DNA of 21,627 nt, from IMG/VR virus record IMGVR_UViG_2859788636_000004, one strand, 5' to 3'. Each line of letters begins with the position of its first letter. The stretch's first letter is position 1. A model generated the notes under the pieces. That model searched no databases, was not told the origin of the DNA, and saw only the letters and a list, made by a program, of their open reading frames with translations. Shown piece by piece: positions 16,654-21,627 of this stretch. The position numbers and the translations under genes are program-made. The DNA is from a virus (Duplodnaviria > Heunggongvirae > Uroviricota > Caudoviricetes).

Positions 16654-17397
16654 CTACTTAACAACCCTCGAATGGCTAACATTCGGACGCCAGCTCTCCC
16701 AGTTAAAATTAACCCAGCGCCCGCCGTTCATGACCATGCGATCCATCACCCGCTCGCCGAGAAGTGTATTCATCGCTGCATGGTTAATATTTGTCAGCAT
16801 CCCCACACCGCGTAACGATGCCGTCCGGCGATCAACAATCTGGTTCAGTACCACCTGCTCGTTTTTCGTATCCCGCTGCATGCCAATTTCATCCAGGACC
16901 AGCAGGTCAACACCACAAAGCTCCTGTAAAAATTTTTCACCGGATTTGCCGTTGTCGTAGCTCTCATGCAACACGCTCATGACATCGGACACGGTGACGA
17001 TAATCACGCTACGCCCCTTCGCCATCAGCCGGTTGCCAATCGCGGCTGCAAGATGATTTTTTCCGGTGCCGGGCTTACCGCTGAACACAAAATTCGTACA
17101 GCCTGTCATCAGTTCGTCAGCTATGGATTTCGCCTGACTCAGTGCATGTCGCTGACCGTCGTTCTGCGCCCGGTAATTCGCAAACGAACACTTCCGGTGC
17201 AACGGCTGGATGCCGGAGCGGAGGATTTTTTCCACCCGCAACTGACGATTCAGGCGGTTGATCTCCTCGCAACGTTTCTGGCCTTCAGCAAGTTGCCACT
17301 CGCGCCACTCCGCAACCGTTCTGAATGGGGCGGTTACATGTGGTGGGGTCAGTCTGCGGATACGCTCCAGAACGCCTCCTGTCGCAATATTTTTCAT
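16654..17397 (-). CDS. DnaC-like / IstB-like AAA+ helicase-loader (phage replication protein P analogue)
   Basis: Walker A FSGKPGTGKNHLAAAIG and Walker B DLLVLDEIG motifs; immediately downstream of the O-like gene. Confidence 0.85.
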   Translation of the reverse strand: MKNIATGGVLERIRRLTPPHVTAPFRTVAEWREWQLAEGQKRCEEINRLNRQLRVEKILRSGIQPLHRKCSFANYRAQNDGQRHALSQAKSIADELMTGCTNFVFSGKPGTGKNHLAAAIGNRLMAKGRSVIIVTVSDVMSVLHESYDNGKSGEKFLQELCGVDLLVLDEIGMQRDTKNEQVVLNQIVDRRTASLRGVGMLTNINHAAMNTLLGERVMDRMVMNGGRWVNFNWESWRPNVSHSRVVK

Positions 17398-18235
17398 GGT
17401 CTGTTACCCCCTGAAGCCTAGCGGGATCGCACTGTCCGGCAACGAGACGGTGTTAACCTGTCGGAGCAACGTCTCAGGCCGAACACCTTTCGGCGCGAAC
17501 AGACCCTGGTATTCATTGGCGATGCTGTGTCGAATCACCTGCTCAGGTGTAAAACCCTGCTGACGGAATTTTTCCAGTTCCCGTATCGCCCCGTTAGCGC
17601 CCAGCTCCGTTCGAATCGGTTTTCGCAATGCCTGCCTGAACTGGACCCACTCATGCCAGAGTGTTTCTGGCAACCAGTCGGGCAGATCAACTGACAACGG
17701 GTCAAATTTTTTCTGGCGAACAGCCCCACCGATAACCAGAATTCCCTGCTCGGTGTGCCTTGCGATATCACTGCGCCGCAAGACACATATCCCGGTTTCA
17801 ACAGCACCGATTTTGAGCAGTGATTTCTGTCGCGGAGAATTTCGGTCAAGCTCGATCCCACACCGGACACCGTTCCTGTCAGTCACGACGATATCAATCC
17901 GCCCTCCGCAACCGTCACCACGCTCTGGCACCGGATACTCACGACAGACATCCAGGCCAGCAGCCTGCAACGCAACCACCGCAGAATTACAAAATTCCGC
18001 TGCAGTACCGCCAGATAATCTCCCCTCAAGCACTCCAGCCACAAAATCCCGAAACTCCCTTCCGGAAGGGAAGGGTTTGGGATGGGTTAGATCTGTTTTT
18101 AGATCTTTATCTGTATCTTTATTAGTTGCCTTTGTGTTGGCATCTAGACTGGCCCCCTGAATCTCCAGACAACCAGTATCACTTATTTAAGTGATAGTCT
18201 TAATACTAGTTTTTAGACTAGTCATTGGAGAACAG

Positions 18236-18601
18236 ATGATTGATGTCTTAGGGCCGGAGAAACGCAGACGGCGTACCACACAGGAAAAGATCGCAATTGT
18301 TCAGCAGAGCTTTGAACCGGGGATGACGGTCTCCCTCGTTGCCCGGCAACATGGTGTAGCAGCCAGCCAGTTATTTCTCTGGCGTAAGCAATACCAGGAA
18401 GGAAGTCTTACTGCTGTGGCCGCCGGAGAACAGGTTGTTCCTGCCTCTGAACTTGCTGCCGCCATGAAGCAGATTAAAGAACTCCAGCGCCTGCTCGGCA
18501 AGAAAACGATGAAAAATGAACTCCTCAAAGAAGCCGTTGAATATGGACGGGCAAAAAAGTGGATAGCGCACGCGCCCTTATTGCCCGGGGATGGGGAGTA
18601 A
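18236..18601 (+). CDS. insC: IS2 OrfA (InsC)
   Basis: Protein identical to the copy at 1569-1934. Confidence 0.9.
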   Translation: MIDVLGPEKRRRRTTQEKIAIVQQSFEPGMTVSLVARQHGVAASQLFLWRKQYQEGSLTAVAAGEQVVPASELAAAMKQIKELQRLLGKKTMKNELLKEAVEYGRAKKWIAHAPLLPGDGE

Positions 18602-19464
18602 GCTTAGTCAGCCGTTGTCTCCGGGTGTCGCGTGCGCAGTTGCACGTCATTCTCAGACGAACCGATGACTGGATGGATGGCCGCCGCAGTCGTCACACTG
18701 ATGATACGGATGTGCTTCTCCGTATACACCATGTTATCGGAGAGCTGCCCACGTATGGTTATCGTCGGGTATGGGCGCTGCTTCGCAGACAGGCAGAACT
18801 TGATGGTATGCCTGCGATCAATGCCAAACGTGTTTACCGGCTCATGCGCCAGAATGCGCTGTTGCTTGAGCGAAAACCTGCTGTACCGCCATCGAAACGG
18901 GCACATACAGGCAGAGTGGCCGTGAAAGAAAGCAATCAGCGATGGTGCTCTGACGGGTTCGAGTTCTGCTGTGATAACGGAGAGAGACTGCGTGTCACGT
19001 TCGCGCTGGACTGCTGTGATCGTGAGGCACTGCACTGGGCGGTGACTACCGGCGGCTTCAACAGTGAAACAGTACAGGACGTCATGCTGGGAGCAGTGGA
19101 ACGCCGCTTCGGCAACGATCTTCCGTCGTCTCCAGTGGAGTGGCTGACGGATAATGGTTCATGCTACCGGGCTAATGAAACACGCCAGTTCGCCCGGATG
19201 TTGGGACTTGAACCGAAGAACACGGCGGTGCGGAGTCCGGAGAGTAACGGAATAGCAGAGAGCTTCGTGAAAACGATAAAGCGTGACTACATCAGTATCA
19301 TGCCCAAACCAGACGGGTTAACGGCAGCAAAGAACCTTGCAGAGGCGTTCGAGCATTATAACGAATGGCATCCGCATAGTGCGCTGGGTTATCGCTCGCC
19401 ACGGGAATATCTGCGGCAGCGGGCTTGTAATGGGTTAAGTGATAACAGATGTCTGGAAATATAG
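18559..19464 (+). CDS. insD: IS2 OrfB (InsD)
   Basis: Protein identical to the copy at 1892-2797. Confidence 0.9.
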   Translation: MDSARALIARGWGVSLVSRCLRVSRAQLHVILRRTDDWMDGRRSRHTDDTDVLLRIHHVIGELPTYGYRRVWALLRRQAELDGMPAINAKRVYRLMRQNALLLERKPAVPPSKRAHTGRVAVKESNQRWCSDGFEFCCDNGERLRVTFALDCCDREALHWAVTTGGFNSETVQDVMLGAVERRFGNDLPSSPVEWLTDNGSCYRANETRQFARMLGLEPKNTAVRSPESNGIAESFVKTIKRDYISIMPKPDGLTAAKNLAEAFEHYNEWHPHSALGYRSPREYLRQRACNGLSDNRCLEI

Positions 19465-19991
19465 GGGCAAATCCAGCATCATGTTCGAACACCACTCCAA
19501 CATCTGTTTGAACACCTGTTAAATTTCTCTCTTGTTTTGTTTGAACATCTGCTTCCTTTCTGCTTCTTCTGGCCTGAACAGATGCTTTTCCTGCGGCTGA
19601 TTTTTTGGTTAATTTTTCTCTGACAGATGCCAGATCTTCCTCAATCCGAAGATGCATCCATTCGTCGCCGTTATCACAAAAAAACTCCCGCAAGGATGGT
19701 TCAACATCAACCCATCGCTCGTTAGTCAGACGGGCAATTTTTGCCAACCTGTTTTTGGGTATTGGCTTTCCTGTTTGCCAGTAATTGAACATCAGCAACA
19801 AATACGCGCCGTGCTCCTCTGCTGACAAATGCATGGTGTCAGCCAGGTAATCAGCTATGTACAGTTGCATGTATGGTAATGCGGCCATAATTGCCCCGTA
19901 TGATGCTACCCGGTTGCTTAGAATAAGTGAGGTAGCCTGAGTTTAACGGACACTCCTTCCTGAAATAGAATGGCATCAGAAGGAGCTAATA

Positions 19992-20294
19992 ATGAGCAGA
20001 AAAACCCAACGTTACTCTAAAGAGTTCAAAGCCGAAGCTGTCAGAACGGTTCTTGAAAATCAACTTTCGATCAGTGAAGGCGCTTCCCGATTATCCCTTC
20101 CTGAAGGCACTTTAGGACAATGGGTTACCGCCGCCAGAAAAGGGCTCGGTACTCCTGGTTCCCGCACGGTGGCTGAACTGGAATCTGAAATTCTGCAACT
20201 GCGTAAGGCGTTAAATGAAGCTCGCCTTGAGCGAGATATATTAAAAAAAGCAACAGTGTATTTTGCACAGGAGTCGCTGAAAAATACGCGTTAA
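19992..20294 (+). CDS. IS600 OrfA
   Basis: 100 aa; one substitution (A to V) relative to copies A and B. Confidence 0.9.
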   Translation: MSRKTQRYSKEFKAEAVRTVLENQLSISEGASRLSLPEGTLGQWVTAARKGLGTPGSRTVAELESEILQLRKALNEARLERDILKKATVYFAQESLKNTR

Positions 20295-20329
20295 TCGAAC
20301 AATGGCGACAACAATTTCCCATTGAAGCG

Positions 20330-21148
20330 ATGTGTCAGGTATTTGGTGTATCCAGGAGCGGTTATTACAACTGGGTACAGCATGAACCCTCAGACAGAAA
20401 ACAAAGTGATGAGCGGCTAACACTGGAGATTAAGGTGGCACATATCCGCACTCGCGAAACATATGGAACCCGGCGGCTCCAGACGGAGCTGGCAGAGAAT
20501 GGCATCATCGTTGGTCGTGACCGACTGGCACGTCTTCGTAAGGAGCTGAGGCTACGCTGTAAGCAGAAACGCAAGTTCAGAGCGACTACGAACCCGAACC
20601 ACAATCTGCCAGTTGCGCCAAATCTGCTGAACCAGACGTTCGCTCCTACAGCACCAAATCAGGTCTGGGTGGCGGACCTGACGTATGTTGCCACACAGGA
20701 GGGATGGTTGTACCTCGCTGGCATCAAAGATGTTTATACGTGTGAAATTGTCGGCTACGCCATGGGAGAGCGCATGACAAAAGAGCTGACAGGTAAAGCC
20801 CTGTTTATGGCGCTCAGGAGCCAGCGCCCACCTGCCGGGCTAATCCACCACTCTGATCGAGGTTCACAGTACTGCGCATACGATTACCGGGTCATACAGG
20901 AGCAGTCTGGTCTGAAAACATCAATGTCGCGTAAAGGTAACTGTTACGACAACGCTCCGATGGAAAGCTTCTGGGGAACGCTGAAAAATGAGAGCCTGAG
21001 CCACTATCGTTTTAATAACCGGGATGAAGCCATCTCAGTAATACGGGAATACATTGAGATTTTCTACAATCGTCAGCGTCGTCACTCTCGTCTGGGGAAT
21101 ATCTCCCCGGCAGCCTTCAGGGAAAAATATCATCAGATGGCTGCTTAA
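20330..21148 (+). CDS. IS600 OrfB transposase
   Basis: 272 aa; a few substitutions relative to copies A and B. Confidence 0.9.
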   Translation: MCQVFGVSRSGYYNWVQHEPSDRKQSDERLTLEIKVAHIRTRETYGTRRLQTELAENGIIVGRDRLARLRKELRLRCKQKRKFRATTNPNHNLPVAPNLLNQTFAPTAPNQVWVADLTYVATQEGWLYLAGIKDVYTCEIVGYAMGERMTKELTGKALFMALRSQRPPAGLIHHSDRGSQYCAYDYRVIQEQSGLKTSMSRKGNCYDNAPMESFWGTLKNESLSHYRFNNRDEAISVIREYIEIFYNRQRRHSRLGNISPAAFREKYHQMAA

Positions 21149-21191
21149 AAAAAGAACAAATGGTAGTGTCCGCTATTGCCAGTACACCTCA

Positions 21192-21627
21192 GGACGCCTG
21201 CATCAAAACGTTCAGAAACGACATCGGTCAAACCATAATCAATGGTAAGCTGAATATCAATTTCAGGATGCGATTTCAGGAATGTGCGCATGGCTGGTAA
21301 CAATATCGTTTTTGCTGCATGTTCTACAGTAGTAATACGTATTGTCCCGGATGGGCGGTTCTGCAGATCGCTCAGGGATGTCAGGGCAGAATCTATGTCA
21401 TGCAATATAGGGCCAAGAACAGACAAAAGATGCTCGCCCGCTTCAGTGGGTACAACGCTGCGCGTGGTTCGCGTCAGAAGCCGCAATCCCAATCGTTCTT
21501 CTATACGGCGCACTATCTGGCTTAAAGCTGACTGCACCATGCTCAGGCGGGCTGCTGCGCGAGTGAAGCTACGCTCCTCTGCAACGACGACAAACGCCAT
21601 CAGATCAGCGATTTCTTCACGCTTCAT
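21192..21627 (-). pseudogene. LysR-family transcriptional regulator, 3'-truncated by IS600 copy C (N-terminal about 145 codons remain)
   Basis: Start ATG at the window edge (21625-21627); N-terminal HTH MKREEIADLMAFVVVAEERSFTRAAARLSMVQSALSQIVRRIEERLGLRLLTRTTRSVVPTEAGE is a typical LysR signature; the frame runs into the IS600 terminus. Confidence 0.75.

Larger units (their letters stand above)
18145..19475 (+). mobile_element. IS2, complete copy inserted in the O-like replication gene
   Basis: Same ends as the copy at 1478-2808; flanked by the 5-bp direct repeat GCATC (18140-18144 and 19476-19480). Confidence 0.95.
17404..19888 (-). pseudogene. Replication-initiation (O-like, DUF1376 N-terminus) gene split by IS2
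   Basis: N-terminal part MAALPYMQLYIADYLADTMHLSAEEHGAYLLLMFNYWQTGKPIPKNRLAKIA... (19888 down to 19476) and C-terminal part (18144 down to 17404) are in the same frame once the 1331-bp IS2 plus 5-bp TSD are removed; no stop in the joined about 384-codon frame. Confidence 0.7.
19928..21191 (+). mobile_element. IS600 copy C, complete, no target-site duplication
   Basis: Ends TGAGGTAGCCTGAGTTTAACGG (19928) and ...CCGCTATTGCCAGTACACCTCA (21191); flanks AAG and GGA differ. Confidence 0.95.

Overview
This window reads as an Escherichia/Shigella-type chromosomal segment carrying a degraded lambdoid prophage that has been heavily colonised by insertion sequences. All calls are from reading the sequence and recalled family signatures; no search was run. 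About 8.8 kb of 21.6 kb (~40%) is IS DNA: IS1 (one 3' partial copy at the window start, one complete copy with a 9-bp TSD), IS2 (two identical copies, each with a 5-bp TSD and each splitting a gene), IS600 (three copies, only one with a 3-bp TSD, plus a 12-bp orphan left-end fragment) and IS911 (one copy, no TSD). The minus-strand block 19888 to 8095 has lambdoid order: O-like replication gene (split by IS2), DnaC/P-like loader, nin-like genes (HNH endonuclease, DUF551, a complete hok/mok type I toxin locus, YbcN-like and YbcO-like genes), Q-like antiterminator, PR'-like promoter with tR'-like terminator, an ORF6N-domain first late gene (split by IS600), then a tightly packed 4-tRNA array. The slot after the tRNAs, where lysis or toxin cargo normally sits, is replaced by IS911 and an orphan gene fragment. 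A second, plus-strand phage-like block (936 to 5139) holds a Rha-family gene inactivated by a frameshift and an IS2 insertion, three small genes and a 474-aa protein of unrecognised family whose stop codon lies in the IS600 end fragment. A LysR-family regulator is truncated by IS600 at the right edge. No CRISPR array, rRNA or integrase was seen. The most unusual items are the unrecognised small-gene plus 474-aa module, the tRNA array with an atypical tRNA-Arg, two candidate small membrane peptides, and a terminator-bracketed non-coding segment upstream of the Rha gene.
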